Assembly (NCBI GenBank): GCA_965216565.1
Contig: OZ244170.1
Span: 32,001-96,000, forward strand
DNA from: Bythopirellula sp.
GTDB lineage: Bacteria; Planctomycetota; Planctomycetia; Pirellulales; Lacipirellulaceae
Direction: 5' to 3'
Length of the DNA: 64,000 nt
A program made the position numbers and the translations under genes. Shown here one piece after another: positions 1-9,706 of the stretch. The notes under the pieces were generated by a model that saw nothing but the letters and a program-made list of their open reading frames with translations, was not told the origin of the DNA and did not search any database. How positions within the stretch are numbered: the stretch's first letter is position 1; every line of letters starts with the position of its first letter.

Positions 1-108
1 GAGCCGCAGACGTATAGCTCGTTCTACCGCGGCGATGTCGACACCGGCATCTCCGTCGGCAACACCGGCTGCAAAGCCTGCCAGCAACGAGCGATGCAGC
101 AATACTAG
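1..108 (+). CDS. 3' end of a hypothetical protein truncated by the window edge (...GNTGCKACQQRAMQQY*)
   Basis: Frame 1 is open from base 1 to TAG at 106-108 and is followed by a terminator-like hairpin. Confidence 0.55.
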   Translation, partial: EPQTYSSFYRGDVDTGISVGNTGCKACQQRAMQQY

Positions 109-137
109 GCTGCACTACCTAGCTAGAATCTGAGACA

Positions 138-169
138 AGCCTCGGGGCCCTTCGCTCCGGGGCTTTTTT
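138..169 (+). terminator. Intrinsic terminator
   Basis: Stem AAGCCTCGGGGC / GCTCCGGGGCTT with G-U pairs, running into a T tract. Confidence 0.75.
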
Positions 170-356
170 CGTCGACACTTATTCGAACTGCTTGGCGTTG
201 CGTGGCAACGCGGCTAGCTCCGAACCTTTCTCTGTCTAGCGCTTCCTAAGAAAACTAAACAGCCGCGATGCGATGCATCGCCGGGGACCCATCACCAGCC
301 CCGAAAAGAACCGCCAAAACAGCATTAATCCCGCCCCCAGCACCCCCCGACCCCAA

Positions 357-385
357 TTGCCACCCCCCGGGCACTTTGCTACGAT
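357..385 (+). promoter_or_regulatory. Putative sigma70 promoter of rpsA
   Basis: TTGCCA-17 nt-TACGAT with an extended -10 TG, ~135 nt upstream of the rpsA ATG. Confidence 0.55.
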
Positions 386-520
386 GAGGGGCTTTCCTTG
401 AGGGCTGCGCAAAGAGCTATCGGCGTCGATGGCCGTGCCCCCAGGTTCACAACTTTTTTTAGGTGGTCTCCCCCTGCGGCGAGCCGTTTCGCCAGCCACC
501 AGATTTGGTTCTTTCATCCT

Positions 521-2446
521 ATGGTTAACCGTAACTTAATCCGCGAATTTGACGTCTCTGAAGAAGATTGGGAAGCAGCAGTTGGCTCGCTCACCGAAGA
601 AGATACCAGTTGGCTAGATAGCCAATACGTAGATGTCAACGAAATAGTCGAAGGCAAAATCATTCGCGTCGACGACGAAATGGTCTTGGTCGACGTTGGT
701 TATAAAAGTGAAGGCACGATTCCCCTCAACGAGTGGGACGAAGACGAAGAGCAGCCCGAGGTGGGCCAAACGATTCGCGTGCTGATCGAAGATGTCGAAG
801 ACACTCAAGGCCGACTCGATGATCGCGGAATGATCGTTCTTAGCAAACGCAAGGCTGAGAAGATCGAAAAGTGGATGAAGGTCATGGAGACCGTTCACGA
901 GGGCGACGTCGTTTCCGGCGAAGTCACTCGCAAGATCAAGGGTGGATTGCTGGTCGACATTGGCGTCAACGTCTTCCTGCCAGCCAGCCAGGTCGATATC
1001 CGTCGGCCGCACGACATTGGCGAATACATCGGCAAAACCATCGAGTGCATGGTGCTGAAAATCGACGACGCCCGCCGCAACATTGTGGTCAGCCGTCGCA
1101 GCATGATCGAAGCCCAACGAGCTGAGCGCAAGAGCGAATTGCTCAAGGATCTGGAAGTGGGCCAACTTCGCAAGGGTGTCGTCAAGAATATCGCCGACTT
1201 CGGCGCGTTCGTCGACCTTGGCGGAATCGACGGCTTGCTGCATATCACCGATATGAGTTGGGGCCGTATCAACCATCCTTCGGAGATGGTGAAGATCGAT
1301 GACGAGCTGGAAGTGCAGATCCTGCACATCGACTACGAGAAAGAAAAGATTGCTCTGGGACTGAAGCAAAAGTCGAAGAGCCCATGGGAAAACGTGGCCG
1401 AGAAGTACCCGGTCAATTCCACTGTGAAGGGTACGGTTGTCAACGTGATGAGCTACGGTGCCTTTGTCAAACTGGAGGACGGCATCGAGGGTCTGGTCCA
1501 CATCAGCGAGATGTCTTGGACCAAGCGTATCAGCCATCCCAGCGAGCTTGTATCGATCGACGACGAGATCGACGTTGTCGTTCTGCGGATCGACGAGCAG
1601 AAGCAGGAAGTCTCGCTCGGCATGAAGCAAGCCCAAGACAATCCTTGGGAAAAAGTTGCCGATCGCTATCCGCTTGAGAGCCTGGTCAAAGGTAAGGTTC
1701 GCAACCTTACCAATTACGGGGCGTTTATCGAGATCGAAGAAGGAATTGATGGCCTGCTCCATGTGAGCGACATGTCGTGGACTCGCAAAATCAGCCACCC
1801 CAGCGAAGTGGTCGAGAAGAGCCAGGAGATCGAGTGCAAGGTGCTCTCGGTCGATCAGGAACGTCGCCGCATCGCCTTGGGTCTCAAGCAGATGGACGAA
1901 GATCCCTGGGCCACAGACATCCCCAATCGCTACCAACAGGGTCAGCTTGTCGCAGGCAAAGTCACCAAGATCACCAACTTTGGCGTGTTCGTGGGACTAG
2001 AAGACGGATTGGAAGGCCTCCTGCATATTTCAGAGTTGGCCGACCACAAGGTCGAGAATCCACAGGACGTTGTCAACGTAGGCGACGACATCGAAGTGAA
2101 GATCCTTCGCGTCGATTCCGAGGAACGCAAAATTGGTCTCTCGCGTAAGCGAGTCGAATGGGCCGAGGAAGACGAAGCGGCTGCTGCCGAAGCGGAAGCA
2201 GCCGAGTCGGCGTCCCGCACCGATTCTGGCGACCTGAAGGGTGGTATTGGCTCGGACAGCGGTCCGTTGTTCAAGAGTGCAGCCACCGAAGCACCCACCG
2301 AGGAAGCAACCGAGAAAGCAACTGAGGCCCCTGCCGAAGAAGCCAACTCGGAAGCGGAGCCAGAACAGGCCGAACAATCCGAAGACTCGGCAGAGGCCGC
2401 ACCTGAGGAATCAGCTGAGGCCGAAACGGAAGAGAAAGACGCCTAG
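521..2446 (+). CDS. rpsA: 30S ribosomal protein S1 with a long acidic C-terminal tail
   Basis: Six tandem S1 domains (e.g. FGAFVDLGGIDGLLHITDMSW); ATG 521 (MVNRNLIREF) preferred over the track start at 398. Confidence 0.97.
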   Translation: MVNRNLIREFDVSEEDWEAAVGSLTEEDTSWLDSQYVDVNEIVEGKIIRVDDEMVLVDVGYKSEGTIPLNEWDEDEEQPEVGQTIRVLIEDVEDTQGRLDDRGMIVLSKRKAEKIEKWMKVMETVHEGDVVSGEVTRKIKGGLLVDIGVNVFLPASQVDIRRPHDIGEYIGKTIECMVLKIDDARRNIVVSRRSMIEAQRAERKSELLKDLEVGQLRKGVVKNIADFGAFVDLGGIDGLLHITDMSWGRINHPSEMVKIDDELEVQILHIDYEKEKIALGLKQKSKSPWENVAEKYPVNSTVKGTVVNVMSYGAFVKLEDGIEGLVHISEMSWTKRISHPSELVSIDDEIDVVVLRIDEQKQEVSLGMKQAQDNPWEKVADRYPLESLVKGKVRNLTNYGAFIEIEEGIDGLLHVSDMSWTRKISHPSEVVEKSQEIECKVLSVDQERRRIALGLKQMDEDPWATDIPNRYQQGQLVAGKVTKITNFGVFVGLEDGLEGLLHISELADHKVENPQDVVNVGDDIEVKILRVDSEERKIGLSRKRVEWAEEDEAAAAEAEAAESASRTDSGDLKGGIGSDSGPLFKSAATEAPTEEATEKATEAPAEEANSEAEPEQAEQSEDSAEAAPEESAEAETEEKDA

Positions 2447-2476
2447 GCTTCACATCAAGAGAATGAAACACTCCTA

Positions 2477-2509
2477 AGGGGTGGGTGCCCAGCGCCCACC
2501 TCTTTTTTT
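2477..2509 (+). terminator. Intrinsic terminator after rpsA
   Basis: GGGGTGGGTGC / CGCCCACCTC hairpin followed by T7. Confidence 0.75.
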
Positions 2510-2521
2510 ATTGCAATTTTC

Positions 2522-2610
2522 CGTAGGGTGGCGCCGCTAGGCCCACCGACAGTGAAGGTGCTGAATCGACCCTTTCGGTGTGCCGTCGCGTTGCTTTGGC
2601 ACACCCTACG
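2522..2610. repeat. REPIN-like element (GTAG-family REP doublet), family B copy 1
   Basis: Inverted ends CGTAGGGTG...CACCCTACG with internal hairpins; a reverse-complement homolog lies at 13123-13211. Confidence 0.8.
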
Positions 2611-2902
2611 CCCCATTTGCCAGGCGAATCTCGCGATCGTTTGAACGATTGCCCCTTCGATCGCTACTTCCCGCGCTTCGCGCACATTCGTCTCACGGCG
2701 TTACATTTTGCCTGCCCTGCAGGGTTTGCTAGCGGGCCGTCGATAGTCTTTTTAACGGGACATGCGAGTGCTAAGGGTCTAGCCGAGCATTTCTTCAGAA
2801 ACGAAAAACAACCCGAAGTCAGGCATGGATTGCCGGTCGTCGGCGCTCACCAGCGCAATAGCACGACACTTCCGCCCAGCAATACGATCGGCAAGAACAA
2901 CC

Positions 2903-3760
2903 ATGGCTACGACAACCAAGAAGCGGAAATCCGGTTCCGCGGTACAAACACCGCTTGAGACCTACCTCCGTGAGATCAACGAAACCGCACTCTTAAACGC
3001 GGACGAAGAGCGTGAACTAGCGGTTCGAATTGGAAATGGCGACTTAGCCGCTCGCGATCGGATGGTCCGCGCCAATCTGCGCTTGGTGGTAAACATTGCC
3101 CGCGGCTATTCCGGCAAAGGTTTGAGCCTGCAGGACCTGATTGAAGAGGGAAATCTAGGTCTTTTGCGTGCCGTCGAAGGCTTCGATCCCGGCGTGGGCA
3201 CCCGGTTCAGTACCTATGCGAGTTACTGGATCAAACAATCGATCAAGCGGGCACTCATCAACACCGGCAAAACAATCCGCATCCCCGCCTACATGGTCGA
3301 GTTGCTTTCCAAGTGGCGTCGTGCCACCTCGCGATTAACCGAAGAGCTGGATCGCACCCCGACGCCCGAAGAGATCGCCCGCGTACTGGGTCTGCCCAAG
3401 AAGAAGCTACCGATCATCAAAAAGGCGATCAAAATCTACAACGCCACGCCGCAGACTGACCAAACCGAAGCCGGTTGGACGCTGGGCGACATGGTGATGG
3501 ACGAACGTCAGCAAAGCCCCGACGACGCCCTGGTCGAGAGCGACAGCCTCAAGCATGTCATGAACATGCTCCACACGATGGACGAGCGCGAAGCGACTGT
3601 GCTGAAAATGCGGTTTGGACTGGATAATCAACAACCGCGGACCCTCAAAGAAATCGGCGAAACTTTGGGCCTCACCCGCGAGCGCGTCCGCCAAATCGAG
3701 ACCGAAGCGCTCAATAAAATGGCCGAAAGCATGGAAGATCCCCGCGATCGGCTCATGTAA
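2903..3760 (+). CDS. RNA polymerase sigma70 factor, RpoD/SigA-like family lacking region 1.1
   Basis: Regions 1.2 (LETYLREI), 2 (ANLRLVV, DLIEEGNLGL, RFSTYASYWIKQ) and 4 (TLKEIG..LTRERVRQIE). Confidence 0.93.
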   Translation: MATTTKKRKSGSAVQTPLETYLREINETALLNADEERELAVRIGNGDLAARDRMVRANLRLVVNIARGYSGKGLSLQDLIEEGNLGLLRAVEGFDPGVGTRFSTYASYWIKQSIKRALINTGKTIRIPAYMVELLSKWRRATSRLTEELDRTPTPEEIARVLGLPKKKLPIIKKAIKIYNATPQTDQTEAGWTLGDMVMDERQQSPDDALVESDSLKHVMNMLHTMDEREATVLKMRFGLDNQQPRTLKEIGETLGLTRERVRQIETEALNKMAESMEDPRDRLM

Positions 3761-4016
3761 TGTTTGAAGTGAGAATTCTGATGTTTGAAGTTTGAAGTAT
3801 CTACTTCAATACTCAAACTCTTACGTAGCTGGATTCGCAAGAATTCAGAGTCTCTCACTTGCGCAGCGAGCCGTGGCGTCCCCGCTCACGGCAATTCCAA
3901 ACCCTTTTCTAGTGGATTCTCCGCACTCTATCTGCCTAGGATAGAAGTAGGAACTCTCAAGTGTGGAGTGTGAATGATCGACTTCAACACTCAAACTTCC
4001 TACTTCAAAATTCTGA
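3761..4016. repeat. Degenerate heptamer tandem and inverted repeats (TTTGAAG / ACTTCAA type)
   Basis: TTTGAAG x3 at 3763-3797; ACTTCAA-(T/C)ACTCAA-ACT repeated at 3803 and 3981; the units can form hairpins. Confidence 0.55.
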
Positions 4017-4022
4017 GCAGCT

Positions 4023-4352
4023 ATGCGACATCTTTTAATAACAATTTGCTTAGTGCTTTGCCTATCCGGTAATTTGGCACTAGCGGGCGAAGGCGGCCCC
4101 ACCTACCAGCGCAACCGATCTCACGGAAATCGCGGCTTTCATGGCGGCGGATTCTATGGCCAACCCAACTTTGGTTACGGGGGCTACGGCGGATTCTTTG
4201 CACCGCCGATCGTAGTCGGCAGCTATTACCAACGACCCTATCCCTCGCACTTCGACTACTTCCGCCTCAGGCAGCGCAACTTCGACGCCGCACCGCACGC
4301 TGGCTGTCCGACTTGCGGAGCGGCGGAAGTTCCCGTCGAGGTGAATCCGTAG
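4023..4352 (+). CDS. Small secreted Gly/Tyr-rich hypothetical protein with a C-terminal CPTCG motif
   Basis: Hydrophobic signal peptide ending ALA; GFHGGGFYG low-complexity tract. Confidence 0.7.
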   Translation: MRHLLITICLVLCLSGNLALAGEGGPTYQRNRSHGNRGFHGGGFYGQPNFGYGGYGGFFAPPIVVGSYYQRPYPSHFDYFRLRQRNFDAAPHAGCPTCGAAEVPVEVNP

Positions 4353-4510
4353 TAAAGAAACTTCTTGGATTCGTGCAAGAACGCACTCTGGGGAGATTCG
4401 GCTTAAAGAAGTAAGTTTCCACCTCGAAGAGTCTTACCGAGTGTGGAAACCGTCTGCACCGCAGGCTCAGGAATGAATCGAAATTGCCTTAGCGTTTCAC
4501 GGCGGTGAAT

Positions 4511-4707
4511 TCCCCAACGGGGATAGAGACCGTAGCCCAGGGTTGCGGCGCAGCCGCTACCCTGGGTTGAAGAAGCATCATTCCTACCCTGAAAGGGTTG
4601 TACACAGAGTGCAACCCTTACAGGGTAAGTGTTTTTGCACACCAACACCCAGGGTAGATCGTTTCACGATCAACCCTGGGCTAATGAGTACAACGCCTTC
4701 GGCGTAA
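4511..4707. repeat. REP/BIME-like palindromic composite repeat, family A copy 1
   Basis: Modules CCCCAACGGGG, GTAGCCCAGGGTTG...CTACCCTGGG and TACCCTGAAAGGGTTG followed by their inverted counterparts; second copy at 12958-13122. Confidence 0.8.
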
Positions 4708-4842
4708 CATGGGGTTGAACAATTCAAAAGCAGCCTCAACTTCATCGGCTTGGGCAGGCTAGAGACGGGCTTAAGATCAACCAGAAGTTTACATCGATTC
4801 GGCTGATTCTCGTTCTGAGATTCCAGCGGAGAGGTGAACCAC

Positions 4843-6345
4843 CTACGCCGTTTTTGTCCTCGTCATCCAAGTCGCGACCACCCCCGCCAGCAAACTCGCC
4901 GCGAACGAGGGCGCCAATTCCTCCAGTTTGGCAAACTCCACACCAAACTCTCCCAGTTGCGGCACGACGAATTTGAAGAACGGCACGCCCAGCATGCCCA
5001 CCACCAGCGACGCCATCGCACCGGCCACGTTGTAGCGAGGCCATAGCAGACAGAGGATCATCATCGGGCAGAACGTGGCGGTGATGCCCGACCAGCCGAA
5101 AATCACGTACCAAAACACCGTGCGATCGGGCGAAGCAACCGCCACCGTCAGGGCAATCACCAGAGCCACGCCGGCCAGGGCGACGGTCACCCAGCGGGAC
5201 AATCGTGTCAGCCGCTCCTCACTCAGCGTGGGACGATAGGTCTGCTGATACAAATCACGGGTGAGCGAACTGGCCGCCACAATCAACAGCGAATCGATCG
5301 TCGACATAATTGCCGCCAACACCGCAGCGATGTAGATGCCGACGATAAACGCAGGAAACACCTCCGCCACCAATTGTGGCAACACGTCTTCGCCCCCGGG
5401 GCCCAGCACCTTGGCCAGCGGAGTTTCTCTTGGCACCAATAGGCTACGTCCCACCATTCCCGCTGCCACAGCCGATACGTCGGTCAGCAAAGTGAACAAG
5501 ATCGCAACCCACCGACCCGCGGCAATCTCGTTTTCGTCTCGCAATGAAATGAAACGCACAAAGATCTGTGGCGAACCCAAAAAGCCCAAGCCGATGGCCA
5601 CATAGCTGACGATCACCAACACGTTGGAAAGCGACCATCCCCCCGCGCCCGCCCAACTGAGCAGGGCCGCATCTTGCAAGCGCAACGCCTCGGCCAGGGA
5701 CGTATCCCCCGGCAAAGCCATCCACCCGGCAATCGGCAACGCCACCAAACCCAACAACATCAGCGAGCCCTGGAACACATCCGACCAGGCTACCGCCGTG
5801 AACCCTCCCGTCGTTGTGTAGGCCACGACGATGGCAAAGCCGACGAGCGCTCCCACGAAGTAGTTCCAATCGAGAAAGGTGGCGAACGCCTTGCCGGTGG
5901 CGTCGATTTGAGCGCTGACGTAGATCGTCACAAACAGACTCAAGGCAATCGCGGCCGTGATTCTCAATCGCACCACCGCTGCCCGGGCACCCTCGCTTCC
6001 GGAGAATCGGCTGCCCAGGTAATCGATCACCGTAATCGATTCGTAGCGATCGGTCGCCGCCTTGAACGGTCGGGCCAGCACGAACCAGGCGAGGCCCACA
6101 CCCAGCAACTCACCCACCACCACCCACATGGCCCGCAACCCCACCGCGGCACCCAACCCGGTGAGCCCCAATAGCAGCCACGCCGATTCCCCCGTCGCCC
6201 GCGAAGAGAACGCCACAACCCAATAGTTGAGCCGCTTACCGCTGACGAAATAATCGCTAATGCTGTGAACACGTCGGGCAGCCACGATCCCGATGACGAC
6301 CAGTATTCCGAAATAGACCAGGATCGTCGCGTAGCGGATAAGCAT
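4843..6345 (-). CDS. putP: Sodium/proline (sodium:solute) symporter
   Basis: About 13 TM segments with SSS motifs (DYFVSGKRL, ESAWLLLGLTG, GGFTAVAWSDVFQG, LGFLGSPQIFVRF, AAIMSTIDSLL); substrate is inferred. Confidence 0.85.
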   Translation of the reverse strand: MLIRYATILVYFGILVVIGIVAARRVHSISDYFVSGKRLNYWVVAFSSRATGESAWLLLGLTGLGAAVGLRAMWVVVGELLGVGLAWFVLARPFKAATDRYESITVIDYLGSRFSGSEGARAAVVRLRITAAIALSLFVTIYVSAQIDATGKAFATFLDWNYFVGALVGFAIVVAYTTTGGFTAVAWSDVFQGSLMLLGLVALPIAGWMALPGDTSLAEALRLQDAALLSWAGAGGWSLSNVLVIVSYVAIGLGFLGSPQIFVRFISLRDENEIAAGRWVAILFTLLTDVSAVAAGMVGRSLLVPRETPLAKVLGPGGEDVLPQLVAEVFPAFIVGIYIAAVLAAIMSTIDSLLIVAASSLTRDLYQQTYRPTLSEERLTRLSRWVTVALAGVALVIALTVAVASPDRTVFWYVIFGWSGITATFCPMMILCLLWPRYNVAGAMASLVVGMLGVPFFKFVVPQLGEFGVEFAKLEELAPSFAASLLAGVVATWMTRTKTA

Positions 6346-6424
6346 AGAGGCTCGTTGGGTGTTCGACCGCAGGAAGCTCCCGACCATCTTAGGCAGAAGG
6401 TAACCCAGCGCCTACGCGAATCGA

Positions 6425-9220
6425 TTACCTGCGTCGCCACCTACCCGCATAACTAGATACAGCAATGAATAGCAACATCGAACTCGGCTCGGGAACTGCA
6501 GCCGCCGTGGCGGTCCCTGCCATCGTGCCGTAGTTGTTCTCCCAGTCGCTAAGCAGACCAACAGTTGGATCTTGTTGCCAGAGCAAGAAATCGAGACCAT
6601 CAACATCGCCATCTACGTCAAAATCGCCGGCTAGCGCGACCAGCAGCGAAACACCGTCTGATTGGTAGTCTAACACCCACTGCAATCCTCCCGTTAGTGA
6701 TGGCAACTGCAGATCGTCAAATTTGCCTTGGAGATCATTGGCGGCGAGAATGTCGAACTGGTCACCCACCTCGGGCATGTATCCATTAATCAAATTTACA
6801 TCGAGCGTTCCGCCTAGCGACAGGACGTCCGCGACGGCCAATTGATCATGTTCGCTACCGGGCAATAGCCCGCCGATCTCAACTTCCAGGCTAGCCCCTG
6901 ATCCGAAAAACAGGTCTCCCGCAAAGGGGACAGCGGCCGGACTCGAGCCAGGAAAATATCCGCCCTCCATCTGAACCAGACCGGTGCCGGTGAAGGGGCC
7001 GGGGCCAATGACATCGCCAAAGAAAACCGTGGTGCTGTTGCCGCTAGTGCGAATTTCATCGCCATCGTGAGCCACATCGTCGTAGAAAGTCGCAGTGCCG
7101 GCTCCGCTGACGAGAATCTCGCCGACCCCGCCAGACATGGTGACCACGCCAAACACGTCTGTTAATCCAGCTGAAAACAATACTTGTCCGGCATTCGTCA
7201 AACCACCAGTATACAATGCCCCGCGACCAACAATCTCGCCACTTGGTCCATTGCTGAGAGTCGAATTCACTTCCAGCGTTCCTCCTTGCAGCACTATTCG
7301 CCCCTCATTGGCGGCTGAGACGCTTGCAAGTGTCAGTGTATGACCAGCAGTGGCGCGCAGTTCGCCTGCCAGATCCTTAACATCTCCTTCAAGGCGTCCA
7401 TCTCCACGCACAATTCCACCTGCAGGGACTGAAATGCCATTGAGTGCCGAGATAACCGCGCCCCCGGTGAGGCTTAATGTACTAGTCCCCGCGCCACCGC
7501 CGATGGAGAGTTCATTGACGTTACGAACCGATGCCGCACCGGTGGCAGTAACTGTTGCCGATGTTTCGAGGTACACCTGCATCACCTGATCGGGCAGGAC
7601 GCCTTGGTTCCAGGTGCTGGCGGAATCCCAGTCGCCGCCGCCCGTCTGAGCATGTTCGCGAATAATTCGGACATAGATTTCGTTCACACCATCCGTATCT
7701 TGATCGGCATAGTAAAGAACTTTCCGGCCATCGGGGCTGATCTCAAAATCGGAAACACTCCCCCCGGCAACTAGCGAACCGTTGATTTTCACCGGCGTTC
7801 CCCCTTCGCTGGGCACAATATAGAGTTCGTTCGCCCCATCCGTTTCTTGGTCGGCATAGTAAACCACGCGGCTGGAATCGGGATTGTGTTCAAAGAAGGT
7901 AACGTTCCCGCCTGCGGTCAGAGAGGCGTTCAGTTTGGTGGGCACACCGCCCGCCGTGGGAACGCTATAGAGTTCAAACGTCCCGTCCGTTTCCTGGTCG
8001 GCTCGGTAAGTAACTCGACTGGAATCGGGAGAAAATTGTATTGACGATACGTTGCCACCGGAAACGAGTGGGCCATTGAGCTTAACCTGCGTCCCTCCCG
8101 CGATCGGCACACTATAGAGCTCCAAGTTGTTTAGAGTTCCATCATCGATGTAATACACCACCCGACTACTATCGGGAGAAATCTGAGGATTATAGACATC
8201 GCCACCACCTAGTGAACCGTTAAGTTTGAGAGGCGTCCCTCCAGCAAGTGGAACGCTGTAGAGTTCGGAGACATCGTTTGTATCTTGATCCCCGTAATAA
8301 ACAACGCGACTGGAATCGGCACTTATCAGAAAGGAAGAAATATCACCGCCGATGGCAGGCGTCGTGTTGAGCTTGACCGGAACACCCCCAGTCACAGGAA
8401 CGCTGTAGATTTCGGTGACGTTGTCCGAATCCTGATCGGCCCTGTAAACCACGCGGCTAGAGTCTGAACTTAACAGGCTGAAGTTGACATCGCCTCCCGG
8501 CGTAATTGCTCCATTGAGCTTGACGGGCGTTCCGCCAGTGAGAGGAACGCTATAGATTTCGTCCTGGTCGTTTACATCTTGGTCGGCATGGTAAATGACA
8601 TAGCTAGAATCGGGTGTTATTAGTAGCCGATCTTCATCGACCGCGCCGCCGGCGACAAGCGTGTCGTTGAGCTTGATAGGCGTACCGCCGCTAGCGGGAA
8701 CGCTGTAGAGATTGTAGACAAACGATGCATTGGGATCGCCAAGATAGATAACCTGACTCGAGTCAGGGCTAAAATGTATCCCATCCGTGAGTACCCCTGC
8801 AAACATCCCTGATACATTGCTGAGATTGACCGGAGTCCCTCCCGTGGTTGGTACCGTGAAGAGGTCGAATTCAAACTGTTCGTTCTGACTGGCTACATAA
8901 GAAACTCGTGAGGAATCGGGACTATACACATAAGTACGTTCAGCGACGCTACTGTTCGCTACCAGGGGCCCGTTGAGTTTAGTGGGCGTTCCTCCACCGG
9001 AGGGCACGCTATACAGTTCATATACAGAGGGCGTATCTTGATCGACCCGATAGATTACGTTTGCCGAGTCGGGGCTGAACCAGTTGGGGACCGTAACGTC
9101 AAAGAATGAACCAGGGGCGAGCGGGCCATTGAGCTTAATCGGGTCGGCCCCTTGCGATTGCTTCGCGACCAAGACCGATAAACAAAGCAGGACAACAAGT
9201 CTCAATCCGCAGCGAAGCAT
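6425..9220 (-). CDS. Secreted beta-propeller repeat protein with a dockerin-like motif and PEP-CTERM sorting signal
   Basis: Signal peptide; ten ~50-aa repeats PxKLNxxL...SPDSSRVVYxADQ...ELYSVP; GDFDVDGDVDGLDFLLWQ; C-terminal VPEPSS...RWRRR. Confidence 0.9.
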   Translation of the reverse strand: MLRCGLRLVVLLCLSVLVAKQSQGADPIKLNGPLAPGSFFDVTVPNWFSPDSANVIYRVDQDTPSVYELYSVPSGGGTPTKLNGPLVANSSVAERTYVYSPDSSRVSYVASQNEQFEFDLFTVPTTGGTPVNLSNVSGMFAGVLTDGIHFSPDSSQVIYLGDPNASFVYNLYSVPASGGTPIKLNDTLVAGGAVDEDRLLITPDSSYVIYHADQDVNDQDEIYSVPLTGGTPVKLNGAITPGGDVNFSLLSSDSSRVVYRADQDSDNVTEIYSVPVTGGVPVKLNTTPAIGGDISSFLISADSSRVVYYGDQDTNDVSELYSVPLAGGTPLKLNGSLGGGDVYNPQISPDSSRVVYYIDDGTLNNLELYSVPIAGGTQVKLNGPLVSGGNVSSIQFSPDSSRVTYRADQETDGTFELYSVPTAGGVPTKLNASLTAGGNVTFFEHNPDSSRVVYYADQETDGANELYIVPSEGGTPVKINGSLVAGGSVSDFEISPDGRKVLYYADQDTDGVNEIYVRIIREHAQTGGGDWDSASTWNQGVLPDQVMQVYLETSATVTATGAASVRNVNELSIGGGAGTSTLSLTGGAVISALNGISVPAGGIVRGDGRLEGDVKDLAGELRATAGHTLTLASVSAANEGRIVLQGGTLEVNSTLSNGPSGEIVGRGALYTGGLTNAGQVLFSAGLTDVFGVVTMSGGVGEILVSGAGTATFYDDVAHDGDEIRTSGNSTTVFFGDVIGPGPFTGTGLVQMEGGYFPGSSPAAVPFAGDLFFGSGASLEVEIGGLLPGSEHDQLAVADVLSLGGTLDVNLINGYMPEVGDQFDILAANDLQGKFDDLQLPSLTGGLQWVLDYQSDGVSLLVALAGDFDVDGDVDGLDFLLWQQDPTVGLLSDWENNYGTMAGTATAAAVPEPSSMLLFIAVSSYAGRWRRR

Positions 9221-9643
9221 CGCACACCTTCCCTTTCCGCATATTTGGGTTGGTCGTTTGGCAGAAGATGCTGCTGATTATAACAATCTCCAGTACCGTG
9301 AAGGACAATGTTTTTTCTCGGGACTCCCCTGATTCGTACCCTTCCCAATAGAAGCGGGGATGTTCTAATTTTCCCGCCGAAGCTGTCTCCGATAGTTCTG
9401 CTCGCCTTGGCAAGATTTCACTAGGCAGAACATCTCCAGTTCCTCACAGAAAACCTAGAGCCATCCCTTCGTTTCGGTCAGCCCGTCGAGGAGAATCAAA
9501 GGGCGAGAACAAAGCGATCAATCACATTCCCACCCAGTTGTCCCGCACCAACGCTTGCGGTTTCGCGCCCGCCACCGAAACCTGAGCAACACGCAGCGCG
9601 TCCTCAGACTTCAGAAAAAAACGCTTTCGGGGTTTCGATAATT

Positions 9644-9659
9644 ACACAAGATGTTGTGT
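9644..9659. promoter_or_regulatory. NrdR-box-like palindrome
   Basis: ACACAAGATGTTGTGT matches the NrdR consensus acaCwAtATaTwGtgt with two mismatches. Confidence 0.4.
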
Positions 9660-9706
9660 GACAGATTTCGGGCGACACAACCGGTTCCAAGCCCCTCTAC
9701 AGAGGC

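Noticed and set aside
614..1936. 440-aa antisense ORF and many other long shadow ORFs (e.g. 50648-51394, 52306-52878)
   Set aside because: They lie opposite or within well-supported genes, have no motifs, and are expected from codon bias in GC-rich DNA
4511..4707. CRISPR array
   Set aside because: The repeats are inverted palindromic modules without regular unique spacers, and no cas genes are present
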